A stretch of DNA of 64,000 nucleotides from Squalus acanthias (lineage: Eukaryota), in contig CM059433.1 of assembly GCA_030390025.1 (NCBI GenBank), positions 9,240,001 to 9,304,000 of the forward strand, in the 5' to 3' direction. A program made the translations under genes and the position numbers. Position 1 is the first letter of the stretch. Each line of letters opens with the position of its first letter. The notes under the pieces are model-generated. The model saw nothing but the letters and a program-made list of their open reading frames with translations, searched no databases and had not been told where the DNA came from. This document shows, piece after piece, positions 1 to 12,135 of this stretch.

Positions 1-169
1 CTGCTAGACAATTTAAATTTTCTAAGTGAGCTCAATGCAAATGATTGCTAACAAACTGCTTCCATCCTTGATAGGTTTATATGCCTACTCTTCCATCAGC
101 TGATCAAAATGGGGTCCTTAAACCTACTGTTAACACATAAGCAAGATCCTTTGAACCACTACTATAAGC

Positions 170-715
170 CTTTCCACCATCTACAAGGCGCAAGTCAGGA
201 GTGTGATGGAATACTCTCCACTTGCCTGGATGAGTGCAGCTCCAACAACACAAGAAGCTCGACACCATTTAGGACAAAGCAGCCCGCTTGATTGGCACCC
301 CATCCACCACCTTAAACATTCACTCCCTCCACCACCGGCGTACCGTGGCTGCAGTGTGTACCATCTACAAGATGCACTGCAGCAACTCGCCAAGGCTTCT
401 TTGGCAGCACCTCCCAAACCTGCAACCTCTACCATCTAGAAGGACAAAGGCAGCAGGCACATGGGAACACCACCACCTCCAAGTTCCGTTCCAAGTTACA
501 TACCATCCTGACTTGGAAATATATTGCCGTTCCTTCATTGTCGCTAGGTCAAAATCCTGCAACTCCCTCCCTAACAGCACTGTGGGAGCACCTTCACCAC
601 ACGGACTGCAGCGGTTCAAGTCGGCAGCTCACCACCACCTTCTCTCGGGCAACTAGGGATGGGCAATAAATGCTGGCTTTGCCAGCGACGCTCCCACATC
701 TCAGGACCGAATTTA
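170..715 (+). mobile_element. LINE 3' fragment, family B (CR1/Jockey-group RT C-terminus plus 3' UTR)
   Basis: MEYSPLAWMSAAPT...LNIHSLHHRRTVAAVCTIYKMHC; same sequence recurs at 2460-3200, 9810-10610 and 39390-39640. Confidence 0.8.
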
Positions 716-1083
716 AAAAAAAATTCTGGACACTCAGAAAATGCTTTATCATCAAAGTAAATACATCCAGTTGCATCTGGAACCAGAAAGATTGGAAATT
801 CTACATCCCAGCCAATAGTGTTTCCTGGAGACCCTCAGCACTCAGGCCAGAGTGAAGTCACACCTCTTCCTTTGCTCTTTTCTATGAAGATGCTCCAGGA
901 CAAACAGTTTCAGTTGAGTCTATCCGTTTACTTTATAAAATGGAGTAGTTTAAACAGAAAGGAGTCTCCTGGACCTTCTTTCCCCTTTAACTAAATTGAC
1001 TCTCATAGCCAAACTCAAGCACTTCACGCTGAAAAGAATCTTACTGAAATGAAGAACGGGCTTTGTATTAAACAAATCCAGAT

Positions 1084-1666
1084 GGCTGGATTTTCCAGTT
1101 TCCCACTCGCACAGTGCGGGGGGACCCAGGAGACAGCGGAAAACCCGGAAGTTCGTGGAGTTTTAACTCCACAGCGTGCATGCAAGGTAAAGGACAGGCT
1201 GGCTTCCAGTCATGCGGGGAACACTGACCAGGAGGCCGCTGGACCAGGTAAGTGCTGGGCCTAGGATGGTGGGGAGGGTCCGATCCCTGACCCCGGGGCT
1301 GAGTCGTGATCCCTGGGTGGGGGTTCCAATCCCGGGAAGTGGTGGAGCTTGTGGGGCCAGGAGGAAGCACGCCTGCTCCTCCCGGCCCACAAGGATTGCT
1401 CCCCGAGGCTGAGGCCGCCTCGTTGCAGCTACCGGGAATCCAGAGCCCCGGGATCCCCGGCCGCCTGCAGTAATGAGGCTTCAGGCCTCATAATATTTAA
1501 ATTGCCAACTTGCCTCCTGGCAACAGGTTAGCTGTCCCCCCCAACCCCCACCCCACCTGAGTAAAAGGTGAAAGTGGGCAGGTTGGAGTCGGGTTTTAGA
1601 TTTTTACAACTTTCACTTCTCCCCATGCCTCCAACCCATCCGTTTTCTCCTGTGAAAATTCCGACC
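1084..1666. mobile_element. GC-rich probable non-autonomous DNA transposon
   Basis: GC-rich island bounded by imperfect inverted ends ggctggattttc / gaaaattccgacc; no clean TSD. Confidence 0.4.
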
Positions 1667-1710
1667 ATAGAATCAAGGTAAACATCTCTGGCAGTAACAG
1701 AATACATGTA

Positions 1711-2404
1711 GGGGTAAAGTTTCTGCTTTGGGCGCAATTGGCGATCTGGGCACAAATTGCGCTCAAAATTAGTTTTGGTAAGTTTTTCTCCCCCCCCTAG
1801 AGTTTCCGTGCATATCGCCAAATGCAAAATCTGCCATGAACCAGCGCAATTGAGCAGTGTTTTAGAACGTAATTTTTTTTTTTAAATGTTGCTTTAGAAA
1901 ATATTCCTTGATATATTTAAGAGTAATAACTTGGTGCAGTTTGATTAATACAGCTGAAAATGGGTTTATCACAAAAAATAAGCATTTTTAAATCAGTGTC
2001 AATCCACCACTTGTGATTAAACTGATTTTAAATTACAAAAAAAATGACTTAAAAATATGCAGAACCATTTGCTAGTTATAGTGCGGCACAGGAGTCAGTT
2101 TCTTAGTAAATTTTTAAAAAGTTACATTTAAGAGCTTTTAAATGTCCTTGCACCCAAAGGAACCAGCTTAATTTTTTAGAGCCTCCTCGATGGCCTGCAA
2201 ACGAGCGCAATTAGCGGAAACTCCGAATGGTGATTAATTCATCGCAGGAGCGTGGCCAGTTTTGTGGGCGGGGCCTGCTTCTAGCACGATGTTTTTTTAA
2301 ACCCGCGCAAAAGATTGCAGAAACTCAATTTGCACTTAAAATTCCGCGCTCTTCTGCGAATTACGCCGAAAAAAAACAGCTCAACTGAGCGGAAGCTCTA
2401 CCCT
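1711..2404. mobile_element. PIF/Harbinger-like non-autonomous element
   Basis: TIR GGGGTAAAGTTTCTGCT / AGCGGAAGCTCTACCCT (13/17 match), 3-bp TSD gta, GC-rich ends with an AT-rich core. Confidence 0.6.
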
Positions 2405-2459
2405 GTAGTTTATCATGTTCAAATGTCTCAATGTTTACGCTGTGTATATTGTTTTTAGT

Positions 2460-3200
2460 TTATGTGGCTGTCGCTGGCAAAGCCAGCATTTATTGCCCAT
2501 CCCTAGTTGCCCTTGAGAAGGTGGTGATGAGCCGCCTTCTTGAACCGCTGCAGTCCGTGCGGTGAAGGTACTCCCACAGTGCTGTTAGGGAGGGAGTTCC
2601 AGGATTTTGACCCAGCGACGATGAAGGAACGGCCGATATACTTCTAGTCAGGATTGTGTGTGACTTGGAGGTGGTGGTGCTCCCATGCGCCTGCTGCCCT
2701 GGTCCTTCTAGTTGGAAGAGGTCACGGGTTTGGGAGGTGCTGCCAAAGAAGCCTTGGCGAGTTGCTGCAGTGCATCTTGTAGATGGTACACACTGCAGCC
2801 ACGGTACGCCGGTGGTGGAGGGAGTGAATGTTTGAGGAGGTGGATGGGGTGCCAATCAAGTGGGCTGCTTTGTCCTGGATGGTGTCGAGCTTCTTAAGTG
2901 TTGTTGGAGCTGCACTCATCCAGGCAAGTGGAGAGTATTTCATCACACTCCTTACTTGTGCCTTGTAGATGGTGGAAAGGATTTGGGGAGTCAGGAGGTG
3001 AGACACTTGCCGCAGAATACCCAGCCTCTGACCTACTCTTGTAGCCACAGTATTTATGTGGCTGGTCCAGTTAAGTTTCTGGTCAATGGTGACCCCCCCA
3101 GGATGTTGATGGTGGGGGATTCGGCGATGGTAATGCCGTTGAATGTCAAGAGGCGGTGGTTAGACTCTCGCTTGTTGGAGATAGTCATTGCCTGGCATGA
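2460..3200 (-). mobile_element. LINE 3' fragment, family B
   Basis: ORF 2722-3048 ATRVGQRLGILRQVSHLLTPQILSTIYKAQVRSVMKYSPLAWMSAAPTTLKKLDTIQDKA. Confidence 0.85.
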
Positions 3201-3751
3201 ATGTTACCTTGTATTGTTTGCTTTTGAAGTGAAGTGACTTACTATTTAAGGAAATACCACAGGCACTCTGCGTCAGCATCGTTCCACAAAACAGCAGTGA
3301 AATGACTCACTAGTTTGTATTTTTTGGTAGTATTAATTTAGGAAATAACATTAGTGCACTAAACTGTTCATAGAGCCTGGGGATCATTAATGTCCAGTTT
3401 CCCCTAGTGGCTATTACTGCTTAATCAGGTCTCATCTGAAGTCAAAGCAGCATCACTAAGCACTGCACTGGATGTCAGCTGGATGAGGCGTTCAAACCCA
3501 TTACCTTCTCCAAAGTAGTAAATGCACTACAAACTAGGCTAAGCTGACACACACTACACATCACTTGCTGCTCAGTCATTGAACTACAGTGCATGGCATC
3601 ACAAGCAAAATCAGAAAGTTCTTGTTCAGTCTCACCTACTGAACCCTCAACTAGCAGAAACATATGGATTTGGTTGAAAAAAAGCACAATTCCTGGAGCT
3701 ACAAGAACTAATGGAAACTAATATTGCAGAGTGGATGGCAATATTATTCTT

Positions 3752-3970
3752 GATGCGGAGATGCCGGTGTTGGACTGGGGTGGACAAAATTGAGAGGTCG
3801 CACAACACCAGGTTATAGTCCAACAGTTTTATTTTAAATCACAAGCTTTCGGAGTTAAAACTCCTTCGTCGGGTGAAGTGAGGAGATACAGAATCGTCAA
3901 AGTTTTAACTCCGAAAGCTTGTGATTTAAAATAAAACTGTTGGACTATAACCTGGTGTTGTGCGACCTCT
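3752..3970. mobile_element. Short Penelope-like terminal-repeat insertion with perfect 74-bp inverted repeat
   Basis: Arms 3789-3862 and 3901-3974 are exact reverse complements; 13-bp direct repeat caatattattctt at 3739-3751 and 3971-3983. Confidence 0.75.
3839..3876 (-). ncRNA. Minimal type I hammerhead ribozyme-like motif (family 2), U4C core variant
   Basis: Minus strand reads UCAC-CCGACGA-A-GGAG-uuuuaa-CUCC-GAA-AGCU-U-GUGA: stem I UCAC/GUGA, stem II GGAG/CUCC, palindromic stem III AGCU. Confidence 0.65.
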
Positions 3971-4039
3971 CAATATTATTCTTAACATCTTCTATAGGCA
4001 TATATATGCGCAAGATTTTAATTTCCATGTACTTTTATA

Positions 4040-4415
4040 TAGAATCAAAGAGCACAAAGGAAGGCCATTCAGCCGGCTCTTTGAAAGACCTATTCCCTCC
4101 CACTCCCCTGCTCTTTTCCCAATAGCCCTGAATTCTCCTTTTCAAGTATTTATCCAATTCCCTCTTGAAAGTTACTATTGAATCTGCTTCCACCACCCTT
4201 TCAGTTAGTGCATTTCAAATCATAACAACTCACTGCAAAGAAGAACTTCGCCTCATCTCCCCTCTGGTTCTCTTGCCAATTACCTTAAATCGGTGTCCGC
4301 TGGTTACTGAGCTTTCTGCCAGTAGAATCCGCTTCTCCCTCTCTACTCCATCAAAACCCCTCATAATTTTGAACCTCTTAAATCTCCTTTAACCTTCTCT
4401 GCTCGAAGGAGAACA
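4040..4415 (-). mobile_element. CR1 LINE 3' fragment
   Basis: CR1 3' tail (ggaggccattcagcc...) and RT C-terminal remnants. Confidence 0.75.
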
Positions 4416-4474
4416 TTTTATATTCCAATAAAACTACTACAGCCTTCTTTAGGTAACAGACTTTATCAGCTTAC

Positions 4475-4626
4475 CTGTAAAATTTTAGAGACGGTTCCAC
4501 CGACAGCAAAACAAATGGCACAACTGTGTAGCTTATTGCGATCATTGTTGCAATCCAGGTTATGACATCATAAAATAATTTGACAGCTGGTGACTTGATA
4601 AAGTAGAATCGGAAGTTGTTCCTAAT
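4475..4626 (-). CDS. MBOAT2: MBOAT2 exon (approx. exon 12), 152 bp
   Basis: ttccag|ATT acceptor, AG|gtaag donor; IRNNFRFYFIKSPAVKLFYDVITWIATMIAISYTVVPFVLLSVEPSLKFY. Confidence 0.96.
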
Positions 4627-5610
4627 CTGGAAAAAAAACAAGATGGTTGAGTGCAATACTTCAGATAACACACTGTCTTGGAGGTAATGCCACAATCTGC
4701 TGCTCGCAGTGGGAGGCGGCGCTCGCAGGGAGCACATCTCGGGAAATGACAGGCATGCAGCTCCTGATTTCTTATCTATTCACTGCAATGGACAGAAGCA
4801 GCACGGGCTGTGCTCCCGCAGTGCCACTCCTCGTGGGAGCACGGAATTGATCCCATAATTTCGTTGTCCCTTGAGCAGCCTGTATGTTCTTACTCTACAA
4901 AGCATAATTTAATTGTGTCTTTACTTTACAACAGCTACTGCCAATTCTCACACATGCCTTTGAAAGTCTTAAATGGCAGCACAAAATTCAACACCTCAAA
5001 GCGTTTTGGAATTTCATCAAAGTAAATTCTAACACAATTATTTCTAAATTCTCTCAGCTTCTTCCATTTGTACATTTATGGCCCATTCATCCTGAGCTTG
5101 ATCGAATTACAAAAAATAATTGTTTTTACAAAGTTATTTTACTACAATACTAAAATGAAATACATTTTATACAACATCTGAAAGGTATAAAAATGTACAA
5201 TTTATTTTCTTGTGTTTGGTTATCTACAAACTACAGGAAGTTTTTCCAGACACAAGTCACAGCTGGCCAGGGCTTTGAACAGATAAAAGGGAGTTTCTCC
5301 TAACCATCCAAGTTATATTAAAAACACATTCTGCCAATTCTTAAATTACTTATGTCTGTCAATTGTGAATTATATAAATCAAAGCAATTAAATGAATTTG
5401 GCAAGACCAACAAATGCAATTTTTTCAAAAAAAGGAATATAATTGCAGACTTTCAAACCTCCATTTTTTTTTTTTACAAGAAAAGCTATTTCCCACTGAA
5501 ATAGCTTAGCCCCTTGAAATAAGTTTTCTTGGAAGCAAGAGAGAAACACAAAAAAATCTGAAACTGTAGGTACAAACGTTGCATTAATAAATATAGAAAC
5601 AATTACTTAC

Positions 5611-5743
5611 TGCACGTGCTGCTAATGTCATTGGTATTCCTGTAAAAAATGTCATATAATAGCCAGGATACACTCCATGCCACATTGCAGAGAGCATAAA
5701 AGTTGCTACGGTTGGATGGTAAAGGCAGCGGTCATAGCAAACT
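5611..5743 (-). CDS. MBOAT2: MBOAT2 exon (approx. exon 11), 133 bp, catalytic His
   Basis: tttcag|A acceptor, GCA|gtaagt donor; VCYDRCLYHPTVATFMLSAMWHGVYPGYYMTFFTGIPMTLAARA (WHG catalytic motif). Confidence 0.97.
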
Positions 5744-6225
5744 CTGAAACAAAAGGCAGTTTACTAAATTCAGTGAAGATAATGAATTAATGTAAACAAC
5801 TTCTAATCAACTCAAGGAATCTCCACTGGACGCACTTCTTTATTACAAGATTTAAATGGCAAAAGTTCTTAAGGAGGGACAACATGGGGCTCAACAATAA
5901 CGATGAAGACTCTCAACATTGTATATTTCTCAATATTGATGACTACTTTGCTAGCAGTTTTCTTTTCTAGATTGTCCCCCGTCACAAATTCTAATCACTG
6001 GGTATTGGTGAAATCATTAAAGTTCAATAAACAATTTCCCAAAGCGGAATCCACCAAGGCTAATGTACTACCGTGAATGGCTAAGCTGAAGCTATAGATG
6101 GCTTAGAGGTTGACAGTTACCCTGAGAATCAAGCTGTTAACATGCAAGCTGAGCAATACCTGTTTATAGTATACATCACCAGCCAGAGAAAATTGCACAG
6201 TGAGCAAGTTAGCAATTGCATCGGA

Positions 6226-6762
6226 TATACGGCACAGAAACAGGCCATTCGGCCCAACCAGTCCATGCCGACGTTTATGCTCCACTCAAGCCTCCTCCAG
6301 TCTTTCCTCATCTAAATCTATCAGCATAACCCTCTATTCCCTTTTCCCTCATATGTTTGTCTAGTCTCCCCTTAAATCCATCTATACTATTCGCTTCAAC
6401 CACTCCGTGGTAGCAAGTTCCACATTCTCACCACTCTCTGGGTAAAGAAGTTTCTTCTGAATTCCGTGTTGAATTTATTGGTGACCATCTTATATTGATG
6501 GCCTCTAGTTATGCTCTTCCCCACAAGTGGAAACATTTTTTCTGTATTTACTCTAGCAAAATTTTTCATAATTTTAAAGACCTCTATTAGGTCACCCCTC
6601 AGCCTTCTTTTTTCAAGAGAAAAGCGACCCAGCCTGTTCATCCTTTCCTGATATGTATACCCTCGCATTTCTAGTATCATCCTTGTGAATCTTCTCTGCA
6701 CCCTCTATATCCTTTTAATAATATGGTGACCAGAACTGTATGCAGTACTCTAAGTGTGGTCT
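6226..6762 (-). mobile_element. CR1 LINE 3' fragment
   Basis: QRRFTRMI...SLEKRRLRGDLIEVFKI...TRGH...RRNFFTQRVVRMWN. Confidence 0.9.
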
Positions 6763-7119
6763 CTTGTTGTAAATAAAAGGATTAATTTGAAATAGTTTCT
6801 CTTAACTTGAGGTTAGACGAAGATAACCAATAATTTTAAAAAAGTTGTATTCAATCATGTGGAAAACCTGGGAATAGCTGTGAAGAATTTAATCAGATGC
6901 CTAAGCTTGAGCAAACTATAGGTAATTTTACAGATTAACTGCCAGAAAACTGCAATAGCTCTGCTCCTGAAATTTAGGTCAAAAATAAATTGACATAACA
7001 GTAACTATACTTCAAAAGTAATTCATTAGTTGTGAATTGCTTTGGATGTGCTGAGGATGTGAAAGGTGCTATATAAAAGTTATTTTCTTTATTTCATTTC
7101 CGTATTGGGAGAGAGTCAG

Positions 7120-7482
7120 AGGCACAGAAGGAGGCCATTCGGCCCATCGAGTCCGTGCCGGCTCTGTAGAGCAATCCAGACAGTCCCATTCCCCTGCTCT
7201 ATCCCTGTAGCCCTGCAAGTTTATTTTCCCTCAAGTGCCTATCCAGTCTCCCCTTGAAAACATTGAGTGTCTCCACTTCCGTCGGCAGGGAATTCCAGGT
7301 CATCACCACTCACTGCATAAAAAAGTTTCTCACATCCCCTCTGTATCTCTTGCCCAAAACCTTAAATCTGTGTCCCCTAGTCCTTGTACCATCAACTAGT
7401 GGGAACAGCCTTTCCCTGTCTAGCCTATCCAAACCAGTCATAATCTTGTACACCTCTATCAAATCACCCCTCAACCTCCTTT
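7120..7482 (-). mobile_element. CR1 LINE 3' fragment
   Basis: RRLRGDLIEVYKIMTGLDRLDRERLFP...TRGHRFK. Confidence 0.88.
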
Positions 7483-8341
7483 GATAATCAGAATATACAA
7501 TAATTTGATGACAGCAATAGCCCATAGCAGTTTTTAAATAAAGGCACTAGATAAGGATGACAACATTTCATGGAACACAAAAACTGCATGCAATATCAGT
7601 ACCATGATCAGAAAACCAGGAAATATTTTCAGAAAAAGTGCATGAAAGAGCAGGAAGAAAAAAAGAGCACAAGGGAAAATAATGTTGCTTGTATGACAGC
7701 AAGAGTACACAAGAGTAAGGGACAAAAAGTGAGAAAAAGAGGGGAAGAGATAAACAGGAAAAAAAGATTTGCATTTATATTATGCCTTACTATTTCTCCT
7801 CCCCAAGGCATCAATCCCTTTGCTGGGTTTGTTTCCACAGGTGCCAAGCTTGCACTTTTCACATTATTCATAAAGATTACAGTCTGCTTTTGCCAAAGAA
7901 CAAGGTTGCTTATTTCACTGAGAAGTGTTGCATCTCAAGCTCTTTCAGTATTCAAAGGGTCTTGTCTGACTGATTTGTTTGATTAACTTCTGGTTTCCAG
8001 ACTCCGCATGTTGTATTAGACCATTCCAAACCTCACCTATGCCAGCTACTTCTGCAAATAATTCTATTATGAATAAACTAATAGTTTAGCCAATTATAAA
8101 AAGCTTTTGGTTTGCTTGCAGACCAGGCCACGGAAGTTGCTTTTTGTGGCGAGAATAGGTAAAGTGTATTGGAAGTTAGCCCGCATCACCACACCAGCAT
8201 CCGACCATTGCAGCCTGGGGATACAACAGAACCTGCATCCTACCAACGTAGTACAAGTTACAGAACCAACATCTAGCACTACTGCAACTCAAAAAAAAAA
8301 ATTGTAGACAAGGTAAAGAAAAAGCAAAGTCAGATCATTAC

Positions 8342-8406
8342 CTTTTAAACCAGAGAGCAGTCTGTATGTTCCAGTTGTCAATGAACATTTTAAAACTTGT
8401 CGCAAA
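8342..8406 (-). CDS. MBOAT2: MBOAT2 exon (approx. exon 10), 65 bp
   Basis: ctgcag|TTT acceptor, AG|gtaatg donor; FATSFKMFIDNWNIQTALWFKR with the conserved MBOAT DNWNI motif. Confidence 0.96.
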
Positions 8407-8922
8407 CTGCAGAAAGAAAGTATTAAAATGGAAATTGTATTATGGAAATGACTGACATGAATAGGGTATGAATAGGGTAAATATAGGAAAGGAAAGCTCC
8501 GATGGGGGTTGTAAAGTTTTTAAAAGAAGAGAGTTAAACTTTTCAAACTTGCAAGGGAAATTTGGTCATTAGACTTCATCTGCACAAAATCAAGGTTAAT
8601 TTCAGCAATGGAGCATCAGCATGCTGTGCCTCAATTAGTGGGAGGTGAAACTGTACCTCTCCGTCACAGAAGGAAGCAAGTAGAGGCCACAAAGGGATGC
8701 ACAATCACTCTATGCTACTCATGCACACTTTCCAGTTTCAGATCTTGCTCCCATCCCTTGCTTATGTACCTCAGCAGTACTGAAAGGCCCGAGTGTAGGA
8801 TACCTGGCCCCTCAGCTACAGGTACTGCATGGCCTGGAGAAACTAGAGGGAAGAAACAGGGGTGGGGCCACAAATTAGTAATTGCCCTCAAGCAAAAAAA
8901 ACAACCCCAAAAAAATTCTCAC

Positions 8923-9026
8923 CTCAATGTTAACAATATTTAAATTTGAAATTAAGTCCCAACGAGCATTGCCTTTCTCGTCATAACCATTGAAGCCAAA
9001 TCCTGCAGCATTGTTGATAGCATCAG
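8923..9026 (-). CDS. MBOAT2: MBOAT2 exon (approx. exon 9), 104 bp
   Basis: aacag|CT acceptor, GAG|gtgag donor; ADAINNAAGFGFNGYDEKGNARWDLISNLNIVNIE. Confidence 0.96.
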
Positions 9027-9398
9027 CTGTTCAAAATAAAATTGAATGCTACAATGAAAATCACTTTTTAAAAAGACCGTTTTATGAATACACTTAATAG
9101 CTTTACTTCACTATATACACACACACGTATATCCAAAAATTACAGCAAGATATAATTCTCTAATTTGCTTTTATAGACATCAGTATTAGAATTTTTTTTG
9201 CTGTATTATAGCTAAAGCAGATACTTTGAGCCAGCCTGAAATGTCGAGCTCCCAAGCAGAAACCCAAGTTCGAACCCCAGCTAACATATATTTGACTAGT
9301 ATTGCATGTTGGACTGCTTTCTTGTTCCTTTTTGTCTCGTTACTTTAAACACCAGATCACACACACGTAGCAATGCAGGATCAGTCTTTATTGAAACC

Positions 9399-9544
9399 TC
9401 ATACTTCACAAAACCAGTATACTTCACAAAACCAGTATAAGAGTGGAGTCATACTATCTGCAACCAGTATGAGCTGTTCAGACATCATACTCCACGATTC
9501 CAGTATGAGCTGTTCAGACATCATACTCCACGATTACAGTATGA
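9399..9544. repeat. Array of five TCATACT-N10-AGTATGA inverted motifs (18-bp and 36-bp tandem units)
   Basis: Units start at 9399, 9419, 9449, 9485 and 9521; the first two are partial; the spacer is 10 nt in every unit. Confidence 0.85.
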
Positions 9545-9809
9545 GCTGCTAAAACAGAGACTCACTCACAATCTTAAACCAATTTCATCTTTCATCACTG
9601 CATTCCATGCATACCACCAATAAATCATAGTACGTCAAAGATACATACAACTGCCAACAGAACATGTAAACAAACATGCACTTAACTCTCCTAATTATTT
9701 TACTGCCATGACCAGAAGCAACCCGATTGCCTTAATAAACTCTTCCCATTCCCACAAAAACAAGTGACCAAGCTGATATATTCCAGACCATGAAGCAGAT
9801 AATGAAGCA

Positions 9810-10610
9810 GTCCATGCCCGCGTGCAGCAAGACCTGAACGACATTCAGGCTTGGGCTGATGTGTGGTACGAATGCTACTTGCCACAGAAGTGCCAGGCAA
9901 TGACTATCTCCAACAAACGAGAGTCTAACCACCGCCCCTTGACATTCAACGGCATTACCATCGCCGAATTCCCCACCAACATCCATGGGGTCACCATTGA
10001 CCAGAAACTTAACTGGACCAGCCACATAAATACAGTGGCTACAAGAGCAGGTCAGAGGCTGGGTATTCGGCAGCGAGTGTCTCACCTCCTGACTCCGAAA
10101 GCCTTGCCACCATCAACAAGGCAGAGTGTGATGGAATACTCTCCACTTGCCTGGATGAGTGCAGCTCCTACACTCAAGAAGCCTGCTTGATTGGCACCCC
10201 ATTCACCACCTTAAACATTCACTCCCTCCACCACCGGCGTACCGTGGCTGCAGTGTGTACCATCTACAAGATACACTGCAGCAACTCGCCAAGGCTTCTT
10301 TGGCAGCACCTTTCAAACCTGCGACCTCTACCACCTAGAAGGACAAGGGCAGCAGGTGCATGGGAACACCACCACCTGCAAGTTCCCCTCCAAGTCAGAC
10401 ACCATCTTGACTAGGAAGTATATCGCCATTCCTTCATCGTTGCTGGGTCAAAATCTTGGAACCCCCTACCTAACAGCACTGTGGGAGTACCTTCTCCACA
10501 CGGACTGCAGCGATTCAAGGCGGTGGCTCACCACCACCTTCTCAAGGGCAATTAGGGATGGGCAATAAATGCTGGCCTTGCCAGCGACACCCACATCCCA
10601 GGAATTAATA
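9810..10610 (+). mobile_element. LINE 3' fragment, family B
   Basis: MQQDLNDIQAWAD...KCQAMTIS...GVTIDQKLNWTSHIN (RT C-terminal region) plus shared 3' UTR. Confidence 0.85.
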
Positions 10611-10979
10611 AAATTACAGATATGGCAGAGTGACACTTACACATTCTACTATCCTACTTTTGTGAAGATATCCTCACTTTTAGGCCTCTTTACACAATTC
10701 ATCTGCTCAGCAGAAAGCGGTTTTATTTCACAGTATGCTGATCCCACAGACTGCCCAGAAAGGACATAGAGGTACCCAGGCAGTGCATACTTTCCAGATT
10801 GCTTCATAACTTTCCAGATTGCTTCATAACTTTCCACCATTAGAGTGCTTCATTTATGTCTATATAAAAAGAGCTGTCTAAAGCGTCACAAACGAAGACA
10901 AAGCCAGCCACCACCACACAAGCCCACCCAACATGCTAAACCTCCAAGAATCCCCCGCCTTTGCCCTGAAACTGCATTT

Positions 10980-12135
10980 TTCTCTAGCTTCTGTCCCATC
11001 TCCCCTCATGCCTTCTCTGAACTCTTGTCCATGAGACCCACACCCTGCTCTCAACCCCATTCCCACTAAACTACTAACCATCCAACTTCCCTTCCTGACC
11101 CCTTGCCAATGTTCAATTTAATTTTGTTTAGCGCCACATGGACCCTTTAAGGGGCTGCACGGGCCATTCAAAATACCACACATGCGTATTTTTTCCCCAT
11201 TGAAAAGCCAGCTGCGAGGGGTCCCTGGAGCGCTGCGCGGCCACGCAGCTTACAGGGAACATTGTCCCTTGCTAGCTGACGACGTAAACGGTTCCGTCTC
11301 CTCAGCTACTGTCCCCTTCCCTTTCAAAACTGCCACCATAACCCCTCCTTAAAAAAATCAAATCTACCCTTGACCCCTATATTCTTGCAAACTATCACCC
11401 CCATCTCCGACATCCCTTTCCTCGCCAACATGTTGCCCTGTCCCAGATCCGTGCTTGAATCTATCAGGTTTCTGTCCGTCACAGCACTGAAATGGCAATA
11501 ATCGAGGTCACAAATGCCATCCACTGTGACTGTGACCATGGCAAACTGTCCCTACTCTTCCTTCTCCACCTCTCTGCAACCTTTTCCATGGTCAAACACA
11601 CCATCTTCCTCCAATGCTTCTCTTCTGTTGTCCAGCTCATTGGGACTGCCCTTGCTTGGTTTCATTCTTACCTATCCAATCAATCATATCCAAAGTATCT
11701 CCAGCAATGGCTTCTCTTACCACCACCCCACCATTGCCTCTGGAGCCCCCCCCCCACCCCCGATCTATCCGTGGGCCCATCCTCGTCCTCATCTACATGC
11801 TGTCCCTCAGACATCATCCATGGCGTTAAGTTCCACATGTGCACTGACAACACCCAGCTCTACCTCTCTTGACCCTTCCACTGCCTCTGCATTGTCAGCA
11901 TGCTTGTCCGATATTCAGTTCTGGGTGAAATTTCCTCCAGTAAAATATTAAGACCAAAGCCATGATCTTCAACTTTCCCAACTTCCCACCCCCCCACCCA
12001 TTCCATTCCCCTCCATGACCACTGCCTCAGGCTGAACCAGACTGTTCGCAACCTCAGCATCCTATCTGCCCCGAGCCGAGCTTCCAACCCCATATACGCT
12101 CCATCACCAACACCACCTCTACCATTGCCAATCTC
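10980..12135 (+). mobile_element. Decayed L2-like LINE RT fragment
   Basis: Remnants such as LLHLSATF..VKHTI, GTALAWFHSYLSN, FHMCTDNTQLYLS. Confidence 0.7.
11107..11264. mobile_element. hAT-type MITE copy 1
   Basis: caatgttc...gggaacattg ends; 8-bp TSD ccccttgc/tcccttgc. Confidence 0.75.

Noticed and set aside
7570..7986. 138-aa ORF on +
   Set aside because: Low-complexity A-rich intronic sequence with no recognisable domain.
9399..9544. CRISPR-like appearance of repeats with variable spacers
   Set aside because: Vertebrate intron, spacers only 10 nt and partly identical, no cas genes.
10789..10837. Two-copy 20-bp duplications (also near 51210 and cctcttcacat x3 near 22929)
   Set aside because: Ordinary slippage duplications with no further structure.
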